In this document: in pieces, positions 52,601-61,174 of the stretch
Layout of the letters: each line of letters begins with the position of its first letter
Numbering within the stretch: the first letter of the stretch is position 1
From: Podarcis erhardii
Taxonomy: Eukaryota
NCBI GenBank assembly: GCA_964252035.1
Contig: OZ176205.1
Direction: 5' to 3' (one strand)
DNA length: 64,000 nt
Notes under the pieces: generated by a model
Told to the model about the DNA's origin: nothing
The model's input: only the letters and a program-made list of their open reading frames with translations
The model's database searches: none
Program-made: the position numbers and the translations under genes

Positions 52601-54997
52601 TAAGATCCTGTAAATCTGGGTTCTCCTGTTTTAAAAACAAGAGCAAAAGTCATATTTATTCACAACTAAATGTGTTCAGTGGAACTTTTCCCCATCTAAT
52701 AGACCCCATTTCAGGAGAAATTACTTTTGAGCGTGTTTAGAATTGCATTATTTAGTATCACAGCCGAAATGAAATACAACTTAATTGGCTCAGGCTTATA
52801 TTTGAATGTTCCCTTCATCTCCTTCTCCCCTATGATTCTCTATTTTAGTTTGAAAGAAACAAGCCTGACAGTTCAAATCCTGTCTCAAAGCAGAAAGAAA
52901 TTACAGTACAAGGTGAAAGACAAGTAGGGAGTGTGCAAACCCAAGAGTCTTGACAAGAGTCATTTATGTAACTCTGAATTATGGCATGTTGCTGTATCTG
53001 AGCCACCTCAGTGTGCTAGATTTGGGATAGGAATGAGTTACACATTATACTACTCCAAGCTGCCTTTAGTCAAGAATTTTTTGTTGTTGTAAGCATGTAT
53101 TAAAAGCACTCTCACAACCTTATTGTCTTGTTTTTAAAATGTACCAACACCTCATTTTCAAGATTATATCTTCAGCCACTAAGAAGATAACTAATCTAAA
53201 ATAACAGCCATTCTGCATCTTAAAAAAAATGTGTAAAATGGTTCATCTATTAGTGTATATGAAAGAGTGCAGCTATAAAGAATCCACGTCTTTCTCTTTT
53301 AATAAATGAGTATATTCATCCATCTATGAGGTAAGGTGGTAGTGTTGGGCCCTGAAAATTTAGCTTCATACTACAGTTTATAAATTATTTTGCCACTTCC
53401 TCTCTGTTAACAAAACTACACCAACAATTTACTGGATTCAGTACTATCCTCCTTGCCTTACCTCACCCACTTGCAAAGAAGAGGACTGTGATCTTGTCTT
53501 GCTGGAGCTTTCAGTTTGTATGAAACGTTTGAACAAAGATATTGGCAACTGCTGAAGGCAAAGAACTCTTTAACCAAATGCTTTCTTAATTCTCTTTGCT
53601 TTTATAAAGTAGTAAGAGAAGTGGTTCCTAGATCAAACTTTTCTGAATTTGGGCTGGTTGTTACATCTAACTGGTCTAAGTAAGTTGCTAGGAAACAAGA
53701 AAGCTTAAGGCAACTAAATAAATGGAAGGGAAGCATAGTTGCTAAAAATGGCGGCAATTATCTTCAACAGTCAAGTAGGAAGCCAATTCTTTTTCCCCCG
53801 ACTGCCCCAAACCACACAACCAGGACAGTCAGGACTAGTTGACAACTATTGTATTTCAAATAACCTCTTACAGAATCGAAAGGGAGTCTTTTTTCTGATT
53901 TAGAAAATGCTCTTATCTCACCTATACAGCAGGCAACTGAAAAAAATTAATCTAAAAACTTATGGGGTCATATAAAATATAGAATATATATAGAAACAAC
54001 ACCTTCTAATTATTATGTGAACAAGAGGAAAGGAAAGAGTGGACCAGCTACCTTATTAGGCAACAATTTCTATTTTATAAAAGCGGTGTTTCGGGTTTCT
54101 CCGTGTTGTGCGACTGTGTAATAAAAATAAATTAGGGAAACCTTGAACTGCGAGTAAAAGGAAGGACAAAAATATCCCAAGTAAAGAGGCGGAAACTCAA
54201 GTAAAAGGTGCCTCGGCCATACAAGAGGCTACCCCCCCCCCCTTGAAGACGAGCGCTAATTCCTCCCTCATTCTGTGCAGTGGAAACTATTCATCAAACG
54301 ATGAAAATCGCTACAAGTACAGGTATTGCACGCGGGGAAGGAAGGAGACGGTCCTCGTGGACGAAGAGCGAGCGAGGTGGAAGTTGGGGGAAATCAGAAA
54401 TGCCGACCCACCCGCCTCTTTCTCTCTGGGTTGGTGGTGCACGTAGAGAGGACGCCGCCATTACGGGAAGGCGGCTTGAGAGGGGGGGAAAGGACTCCGA
54501 GGAAGAAATTCCCTCATAATCCGAGGGATGGTGTCTCTCAAATCTCACTTCCCTCCCTCGTTCCCGTGAGGCGCGAATGGAACCGAGGCGCCACAGGACT
54601 TTCTCTTTCCACCCCCTTTTTCTAGTCACTGAGGGAACTACGACGCCCCTGCCCGAAAAGTCTCCCGAAGGCCCACGGAACAAAAAACCGCCTCAGCTCC
54701 TAACGGAGGGAGCGCCTCTGGCGGCCTACGGGACGGCGGCGGCGGTGGTGGGGCGTGCCCCGCTCGCCCTTGCGCAGGACGCCGAGCGACGGAGGGGCGA
54801 ATTGGGCGGCCTGCTTGAAAAAGCCTGGCGGGCCAGGCCGGCCTGGGAAGCGGCACCCATTGCCCGGTGCCGACGATACACACCTGCCTAGCCCGTTGCA
54901 GCGCGTCTTTAAAAGCATCATTGACTGCCCCGCCACCTCCTCCGCCTCCCCCGGGCGCGCCCGAAGAAGGAGGGGGTACCGTAGAGTAATCCGCCAT
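28686..54997 (-). CDS. FUBP1: Far upstream element-binding protein 1 (4 KH domains, C-terminal tyrosine-rich motifs), spliced gene span
   Basis: complement join(54997-54884,51056-50966,49333-49292,43355-43316,41915-41866,41777-41706,41446-41389,40906-40744,40657-40559,40464-40363,39315-39213,39121-39021,37638-37497,37085-36925,36409-36258,35639-35560,35125-35000,33041-32967,[29361-29302],29216-29071,28694-28686) = 661 aa with the cassette, 641 aa without. [13 protein letters not shown] start; four GxxG loops (GRGG, GKGG, GRNG, GKGG); AW..YY motifs; ends PPAPQGQ*. Confidence 0.98.
28826..28834 (-). CDS. FUBP1: FUBP1 upstream alternative acceptor giving GF*
   Basis: tttctcctcccag|GGT TTT TGA, followed in frame by SHAGSHHH. 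Confidence 0.6.
   Translation of the reverse strand, partial: GF
29071..29216 (-). CDS. FUBP1: FUBP1 exon [49 protein letters not shown]
   Basis: 146 nt, ends in phase 0. Confidence 0.96.
29302..29361 (-). CDS. FUBP1: FUBP1 cassette exon [20 protein letters not shown] (extra Y motif)
   Basis: 60 nt, phase 1-1, gttttgcag acceptor, AAG|GTAATG donor, paralogous to exon 18. Confidence 0.9.
30573..30708. mobile_element. Palindromic MITE
   Basis: CAGTGTTTCGCAACCTTGTGCCTCCAGCTGTTTT / AAAACAGCTGGAGGCACAAGGTTGGGAAACACTG arms; no clear TSD. Confidence 0.85.
32967..33041 (-). CDS. FUBP1: FUBP1 exon 18 [25 protein letters not shown] (Y motif)
   Basis: 75 nt, phase 1-1. Confidence 0.96.
33469..33515 (-). 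mobile_element. L2-type LINE extreme 3' tail
   Basis: Reverse complement of GAGTGGCTGGGGAAACCCAGCCAGATGGGCGGGGTACAAATAATAAT, same family as 3478-3741. Confidence 0.7.
35000..35125 (-). CDS. FUBP1: FUBP1 exon 17 [22 protein letters not shown]...TNGQ (first Y motif)
   Basis: 126 nt, phase 1-1. Confidence 0.96.
35560..35639 (-). CDS. FUBP1: FUBP1 exon 16 [26 protein letters not shown]
   Basis: 80 nt, GTAAG donor. Confidence 0.96.
36087..36182. repeat. (CCAAA)16 pentanucleotide microsatellite
   Basis: Perfect array 36101-36180, preceded by CAAAA units. Confidence 0.98.
36258..36409 (-). CDS. FUBP1: FUBP1 exon 15, Pro/Gly-rich [16 protein letters not shown]...PGPAP
   Basis: 152 nt, GTAAG donor. 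Confidence 0.96.
36925..37085 (-). CDS. FUBP1: FUBP1 exon 14 [21 protein letters not shown]...IEEKIG
   Basis: 161 nt, KH4. Confidence 0.97.
37497..37638 (-). CDS. FUBP1: FUBP1 exon 13 [47 protein letters not shown]
   Basis: 142 nt, RG repeats, KH4 start. Confidence 0.97.
37771..37814. repeat. Poly-A / (AAAAG)n tract
   Basis: Direct reading. Confidence 0.9.
39021..39121 (-). CDS. FUBP1: FUBP1 exon 12 [34 protein letters not shown]
   Basis: 101 nt, donor GTTGGT. Confidence 0.96.
39213..39315 (-). CDS. FUBP1: FUBP1 exon 11 [34 protein letters not shown]
   Basis: 103 nt, KH3 GxxG loop. Confidence 0.97.
39371..39716. mobile_element. Tc1/mariner (Tigger-like) MITE
   Basis: TIR CAGTGGTGCCTCGCAAGACGAA / TTCGTCTTGCGGGGCACCACTG, TA TSD, CpG-rich (young). 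Confidence 0.9.
39843..39975. mobile_element. Palindromic hAT MITE
   Basis: TIR CAGGCTTCCTCAACCTCGGCCCTCCA, 7/8 TSD CTGTACAC/CTGTAAAC. Confidence 0.88.
40363..40464 (-). CDS. FUBP1: FUBP1 exon 10 [34 protein letters not shown]
   Basis: 102 nt, GTGAG donor. Confidence 0.97.
40559..40657 (-). CDS. FUBP1: FUBP1 exon 9 [33 protein letters not shown]
   Basis: 99 nt, phase 0-0. Confidence 0.97.
40744..40906 (-). CDS. FUBP1: FUBP1 exon 8 [12 protein letters not shown]...[14 protein letters not shown]
   Basis: 163 nt, KH2 GxxG loop. Confidence 0.97.
41389..41446 (-). CDS. FUBP1: FUBP1 exon 7 [20 protein letters not shown]
   Basis: 58 nt, GTAAG donor. Confidence 0.96.
41706..41777 (-). CDS. FUBP1: FUBP1 exon 6 [24 protein letters not shown]
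   Basis: 72 nt, KH1 GxxG loop. Confidence 0.97.
41866..41915 (-). CDS. FUBP1: FUBP1 exon 5 [16 protein letters not shown] (KH1 start)
   Basis: 50 nt, GTAAG donor. Confidence 0.96.
43316..43355 (-). CDS. FUBP1: FUBP1 exon 4 [14 protein letters not shown]
   Basis: 40 nt, AG/GTAG. Confidence 0.95.
45445..45540 (+). mobile_element. CR1 LINE ORF2 C-terminal fragment
   Basis: CAAGAAAGGGCAACCAAGATGATCATGGAGCTG resembles the CR1 QRRATKMI-GL motif. Confidence 0.6.
46014..46195. mobile_element. Composite MITE: Tc2-like left end plus hAT-like right end
   Basis: TA|CCGTATTTTTCGCCCTATAGG start; TTTGAGAAACACTG end. Confidence 0.55.
47087..47440 (-). mobile_element. Near full-length young Sauria SINE (Squam1)
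   Basis: GGGACGCGGGTGGCGCTGTGGG head, GGTTCGAATCCCC B box, CpG retained; flanked by CTACAACATTCT at 47075-47086 and 47443-47454. Confidence 0.93.
48120..48720 (+). mobile_element. Degenerate L2 LINE 3' region
   Basis: CCAAGACTGGATTATTGCAACGTGCTCTATGTGGGGCT..., CAAGTTCAAGGTGTT and AT-rich tail ending AATAAATACATACA. Confidence 0.75.
48745..48900 (+). mobile_element. Degenerate Squam2-like SINE
   Basis: CTGCCTAAAGCCTTGGGGGCAGCCACTGACAG...AGACAATACTG body motif. Confidence 0.45.
49292..49333 (-). CDS. FUBP1: FUBP1 exon 3 [14 protein letters not shown]
   Basis: 42 nt, phase 1-1, GTAAG donor. Confidence 0.95.
50100..50247. other. Assembly gap (148 N)
   Basis: Run of N. Confidence 1.
50966..51056 (-). 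CDS. FUBP1: FUBP1 exon 2 [30 protein letters not shown]
   Basis: 91 nt, AG/GTATG. Confidence 0.97.
52135..52580 (+). mobile_element. Degenerate L2 LINE 3' fragment
   Basis: CAATTCAAAGTGCTGATG...AAATACCTAAAGGAAC motif plus T-rich tail. Confidence 0.6.
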
Positions 54998-55800
54998 GTC
55001 CGCTTCGCCGCTTCCTACCGCGCTCTCTGCCTGCCAAGAAAGAAAGAAAATGGCGGCGGGCGGGAGCCTTTCACATTCCTGCGTCGCATCGTGTTCCACG
55101 AGAGGAGGGCGGGGGGGTGGGGAGGGGGAGGAGGCGCGTGGCGAAAGCTCGCGAGACGTCTATGAAAAGGGCATGAGATTTCAAGGCGGGAAGGTAAAAA
55201 AAGGGAGGGGGGAAAGCTTTTGAAGAGGGAAAAGGGAGGAGATTATCGCGAGATGGGACGAATTACAGGCCGAGATTTGCAAATGTGGAAAGGGGAGGGG
55301 TTGCGTGCTCCCTTAGGGGGCGGGAGAGGCTCGCGCGATTTCTTCGCGAGCGAGCTGCCGTGGTGACGTTTTAAGCGAGGTGGGCGGCATTACATCTCGC
55401 GATAGGTTATCCCCAAAAGCCCTCCCTCTCGCGCTCTTTTTTAAAACCCCCTCCCCCGGGCGTTTTGACGTTTCTCCAGAGCCGGCGTGTTCGGACAATA
55501 GCGGAGGGGAGGAGGCGGCTCTGAGGGAGTTGCCGTCGCGTCTCTCGAGGAGCGCCGTCGTCGCGGCCTTAGCCTTTGGGCCTGCGAGTGAGTCTGTCAG
55601 GGCGGGTGGAGTGAGCGCGACGAGGGCCTGCCTCTCTCAGGGGGCAAGGCGCGTAAAGTAACGGGCTCGGGCCGCCGTTCGCGGTCGCCTAATACATAGC
55701 GACAAACCCAAGCAAAATTGGTGGGCCTGCGAAGCGCAGCTAAAGTTTTGATGAACGTTGTTAAAACGAAAGAGAAGCGCACGCCCCTGAAACAAGTATG
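54230..55800. promoter_or_regulatory. CpG island / FUBP1 promoter, probably bidirectional
   Basis: Sharp rise in GC and CpG in an AT-rich background, spanning FUBP1 exon 1. YY1-type AAAATGGCGG at 55047-55056, GC box near 55316-55324, TCGCGA-core motifs at 55147, 55244, 55342 and 55395. Confidence 0.92.
54884..54997 (-). CDS. FUBP1: FUBP1 exon 1 [38 protein letters not shown]
   Basis: 114 nt, ATG at 54997, donor GTGTGT. Confidence 0.97.
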
Positions 55801-56039
55801 TAAGGTCCCGGAGAAAACCATGAATGCTGATTTCGTATCTGCCCATAACGTTTACATTAAAGCTTTTCCACCTGCTGTTCCCAAAAAACAAACACGTGTT
55901 TTTTTCCTCCAGGCGGTGATGTCTGAAATTTGGATGTGGCGGGGAGGGGAGGGGCAAATGTCTCGTGGGTTTCTGGTACTGATGCATAGGCCTCAGAAAC
56001 ACTCCAGGGACTAGATGCTGTCTATAAGTAATAACATGC

Positions 56040-56170
56040 CCTAAGGGGCTTGCATCCGATTCCCACCCCCAAATTCTGGGAACAGTAGCCTGTGGGTGCT
56101 AGAAACCATAGCTCTGCAAGAGGGTGAACTGCAGTTCCCAGGATTCTTAAGAGGTGGGGATGTGCTTTTA
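56040..56170. mobile_element. Degenerate lizard palindromic MITE
   Basis: TTCTGGGAACAGTAG ... CTGCAGTTCCCAGGATTC inverted arms. Confidence 0.45.
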
Positions 56171-56645
56171 AGTATATGGTGTGTATTTTCCATGCACCAT
56201 CTAATCTAATCCTTTCTAAAATGCATTACAATTACAGCATCTTGGACATTTTGGATCAGACAAACTCCTTGGGCTGTATCCAACTGGAATCCATTCTCCC
56301 CCCCCCTTTGTGCTTTACTGAGGGTAGGGGGACACATGTTTTGGGTGTGGTTTCTGCCTGCACTGTGATGCTGTGAAACTCCACTTTCAGCCTTTCAAAT
56401 GTGCAGGTGGATTGAAGTGCCACTGGCAGAATCTCAGCAGTGCAGAGCCCACACAAGCTGTCACATAACAGCAAGCCCAATTTTGGCTTGAGCAGCTCCA
56501 GGCCAGTGCAGCAATCTGCCTGACTCCCTACCCTGGCTACCAAGTGTGTAGCAGGGCTGCTGGTACAACAGGGTTCCTGCTGCTCTGTAAAGTCCCATCA
56601 GGCAGTGAAGTGGGGTCAAGGGTTTAAATTGCTTGCAGAGTCGTA

Positions 56646-56902
56646 GGGCTCATCCACACTTACCTTTGCTCCACATTTCTAGGCACAGGTCCAGGCTTTC
56701 TAGTTCTTTTCTTCTTTTTGCTCCAGTGCTTTCTCCAAAACTTCCTGCTCTTTGCTGCTAAATCAGACCAAACAGCAATCTGCAGAAAACCCATATTGCC
56801 ATTTACTCCAATTTGGCAGTAAATACCAGGTTTTCCTGGGGAAAGTGGCAGGTGGACCTGTGCCTAGAAAGTATGGAGCAAAAGGTAAGTGTGGATGAGC
56901 TC
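56646..56902. mobile_element. MITE with long TIRs (PIF/Harbinger-like)
   Basis: About 48-bp TIR G(G/A)GCTCATCCACACTTACCTTT(T)GCTCCA...CTAGGCACAGGTCCA; flanks GTA/ATA. Confidence 0.8.
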
Positions 56903-59900
56903 ATACTTGGAAGTAAATTTGGTGAATTCAGTAAAGTCTGTTGATTACAAGGGCTCTATTCTGAGTATGACTTAATTGGAGACAATCCTTTATCTTAATC
57001 TGTGATCTTAAACTTGCATGTCTAGTTTAGTGTAGTGTTTTTAGACTGTTCTGTAGAATCTCGGTTGATTGGAAACTTAACGATTCCTCAATAAGTTCAG
57101 TAATTGTGTACAACCTTTGCTGAAACACAGCTTGTCTGCCGTTGTTGATGTTCCTTTGCAATGTATGACTGCAGGGAAGTGTGACACTGGTTAATAGATG
57201 ACAACTGTGGGTCCCAAAGATACTGCTATGTGGAAAATGCTTCTTCAGGATAGAAAAGTTTGAAAACCAAAATCCCATTGGCATCAAAAACTTTCCAAAA
57301 AAGCATATATAGGGTTGGGATATATTATGTGTTAAGCAGGGAGAAATATATCCCAAAGAGCAGGGTCCATAGAAGAAGCGGTAACTTGCATGTTAGATTT
57401 ATATTTTTTGTAAGACATACAGTTACACTGTTTTCCTTTTTATCTGAAAGATTTACGTAGGGTTCACTAGGCAAGATTTAGCGAGTTAAGGGACTTAGTG
57501 TTGACACTTTAGCCTTGATATACGGTAAGTTGCACAATTCTCTCTTAATTCCTTGAACATAGTGATTGGTGGAAACAATGATATGGGGGTATTGTGCAGC
57601 TTTTTTTGCCTTCAAGCAGTGGAGATAGAGACAGGCTCAATGCGACAGACATCCTCAAAATAATTCATAATGTGTTTTTTCTGGAATCCACTGCTCATCA
57701 TAACATCTATTTTGAAGCTGTGAGCTTGCGGCGGGGGGCAAGAAATAGGAATGATCATGGGACAGCCAGAGAAGTTTCATTATCAGGAGTACGCCACAAA
57801 TTGAAATTTGTAAGATAGTCATTGACCTAGGTTCAAATTGCTGCTTGATATGAAAATAACATTGACCCTGGGCCAACCACTACCTCAGCTGTATACCTAC
57901 AACACATGATTAAGACTAAAGAGCAAGTGGCAAAGAAACTACACTGGACAAAGGGCGAGTTTAATGTAACAAAAACAACTACAGTACTTATTTTCCATAA
58001 TGTTTCTAAACTGAAAACCTTGGGATGGTAAGATTTCTAGTATTTGTAAAGATTAATATTTGTTTAGTGACCTCTAGTGGGCATAGTCAGATGGTGCTCA
58101 TATAAAACATCCAAAGAGTTTAAAACACAGTTTTTCAAAATGTACTAATAAAGTAGCTTGCAAGCGTTTATCCACAATAAGAAGTTGGTTACATTTCATG
58201 CAATTTTCCCTGAAGCATAAACATGCTGGCAGTAACATCTAGAGTTCCATACGTTCTTGATCCTGCTTTACAGCTTAATTTAGAGGAGGAGGAGCACTAG
58301 ATTGCGCACTAACTCATGAACTGCATGTAATCACATGAAGTTCATTATTTCGTGAAAGTGTTCTTGCCCCCCAACAAAGGGGACTAGACTCTTGGAGTGG
58401 AGAGCTGCTTGGCTTTTTCCCTGATATAACAACATAATCCATGCTAGGCCTTCGTTTAATATTCCTGCATTCCACAGGAGGTTTTTTTTTGGGGGGGGGG
58501 GGAGAATGAGAAGAAAAGCCTTTTGGAAAGAGCAACCATTGAATTATTTATAGTCTGATCTAGACAGGATTTTGTGGTAGCTGAACGGATGTTTCTGAGG
58601 CGAATCATCGGCAGTGCTTAAATCATTCTCTATTTTTGTAAATAGATTTAGCCAAGGTAAAATCTTGAGGGAAGCAATATAGTTGTACAATTTGCAAATC
58701 TTTTTGAGGATTTGCAGTCAGGTGTGATACAACTTGCAGTACCTTGGCCAAAGGGCTGCTTGCTGGCTGCGTCTAAATGGCTCATTTAATAAGCTGCTGT
58801 CAAGTAGAATGGGGGTAGGCTGGGGGTAGGCAACACCCCTCACTACTTGTTTGTAAGGGAAAACACATTCTTGAGTTATGAATACAAATACCGAATATGA
58901 TAGTTCTGGGTTGTTATGAAATTATTTGTAACATGCCATATTATTTGTAACAGGTTCGAAGAAGGGCCTCTTGTGAGATATAGAGTGGCACAGGAATATT
59001 AAAACTCAAAGACCTAAGCAACCACCTTTAGTTGTTTCGGATCTGAATAGACAAACTATGCTCAGAGCTATGTAGCTTTCTCTTTTTGTAGAGCTCCTAA
59101 TGTGTGACATCATCTGGGAATTTTAGTTCAAAACATTTGTCGCTTCTGTCACCCAATTACCTGCCATGGATCTTCGTGCTGGTTAGGTTTAAGGAATCAA
59201 ATCCAGTCTTTTCTTACTGGATTTCACAGCGCAAGAGAATTGGACTTCTAAGTCTTCTGTTAACTTTAACTTTAGCACTGTGAGTCATACTCCAATGTGT
59301 GGGTGGAGAAAAGCCCTTGAGAGTAAGTCTCTGGCATGGATACTTGGAAACACACTCCACCCCCCTGAAATACGTTGCATGTCTACAGCTGAAATTTGTG
59401 CTGTTCCTTTTTTGGTAAAGTTTTGATAGGAATAATTTTCTTATGCTCTACTTGGGATTAAATAGTGGGATAGACACTAAGTCATGTTTTAAAGTACTTC
59501 TAGAAAGTAAATGAGAAGAGCTCTAATTATTCACTGGTATATTTTTGAGGATGTTTACCTTTTTCTCAACCCCATTACCCATGACATATTTCAATCTGCT
59601 GGACATGCATTGGCTGAATTTTGATGAAATGCTAAACTGGTTCAGTACTTTTAGTATGACTATAAGGTGGAGTTTTGGAGCTTTCATTCCAGATTAAAGC
59701 ACAGTTTAGTGTCGCTGCCCCTTAGATACTGGTTAATCTTAACTATGATTAGTTGAAACAAGTCAGCTTCATAAACTACTGTATGAAGCTGGCTTGTTTC
59801 AACAAACCATAATTAGGATAACTATGGTTTGCCTGTGTTCAGATGACATGGGTAGCTGGAGGAAAAGTGTGGGAGCCTGAAGGCTGATGAGGCTTGTTCT

Positions 59901-60949
59901 CATAATGCTAAATGAAGTAGTTTCAAAATGTTGGTTGGCTTCCTTAAAAGTACCTGGCAAAAGATAGGCCAGGAAGAGGAAACTTTCTTAGGAGAAAATG
60001 AGAGAAAATTCTTTGCTTTCAGAACAGAACCCTTGCACTCTGATCATGGATTCCATGCAGTTGTTGTGTCATGTTAATTTTCAGCTGCTTAGTGTTCAAT
60101 ATCCTTTGTGTGACATTGAACTGAGTGTCTGAGTAAAATTCTCCACTGATGTACAGTACACAAATAGCATGAGCAACAGCAGAACAGACACTTTTTCTAT
60201 AAGCTTCAGTGCTCTTCTGTCTTTGCTCTCTATTAAGCCCATCACAAAAGTTGGTTTCTATGTTGGTCTTGCCAAAAACAAAGCCAGTGAAAGAATCTGA
60301 CTAGAGCTTTTACTTGGCAACTGAAAGACAAGGAGAGGATGTTTACACAAAATATTCCCTGCTCAGTTCCAGAACATGATATCCTGAGTTCCTTTCTCAC
60401 AAAAATAAACTGAGCAGATCAGGATCAGGATCAGAGGAAACTTCACGTATTGCTGTGTGTAAGGATTGTGGTCAGGTAAGGTCCTGTTTTCCTTTACGAG
60501 AGTTATTTACCTTTTAAGTTAGGTGGACAGAACATAGCCCCAGAAACAGCTGTCCAATATGTATCCGTTTCTGCCATAACCTTAAAATTGCCAGACTGTA
60601 TGTAGGATGAACAACAGCCACCATTTGTGCTGTGGAAGCTGCTCATTCCAACTCCTTCCTGCTCTGGTCATGCAGAGAAGTGTATAGGAAGAAGACTGTA
60701 CTAGGATATGTTGAAGGCAGAAGAATGGGGCAGGATGATAGAACAGAGGGAAGCACCCATTAACTTTTATTTACATAGGTTGGCAAAGTAAGATAATAAG
60801 TTTTTTATAAAATAAGTTCTTGTTGCCTATTCCTACCAATTCTTTACTGCAAGTTACAGCATGCTATATGATGCCTCACTATATACACCTCACCTTGCTT
60901 CCAGTAAAACCACCAGCCTTGGTTTTAAAGGCTAGATGTCCATCTAGAC

Positions 60950-61174
60950 CAGGGATGTTTAACTCCCAATAGACTGCGATAACTCACAGTATAAAAAAAC
61001 TGGCAGTGATCTACCCATTGTCGTTGGATGGACCAAAGTTTTTGAGCTTATTTTAGGAAACCACAGTTGTTCCCCCCTTTTGGGGGGCGGGGGAGATCAC
61101 TGAGGGGCCAAATACCTACCAGGAACACCCTGTGATCTATCGGCAGATCACGATCTACCTGTTGGACATGACTG
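60950..61174. mobile_element. hAT (Charlie-like) MITE, intact
   Basis: CAGGGATG...CATGACTG ends with perfect 8-bp TSD ATCTAGAC (60942-60949, 61175-61182). Confidence 0.88.

Noticed and set aside
54243-56014. Many overlapping 60-153 aa ORFs on both strands
   Set aside because: Expected from stop-poor GC-rich CpG-island sequence; only 54884-54997 encodes a recognisable protein segment.
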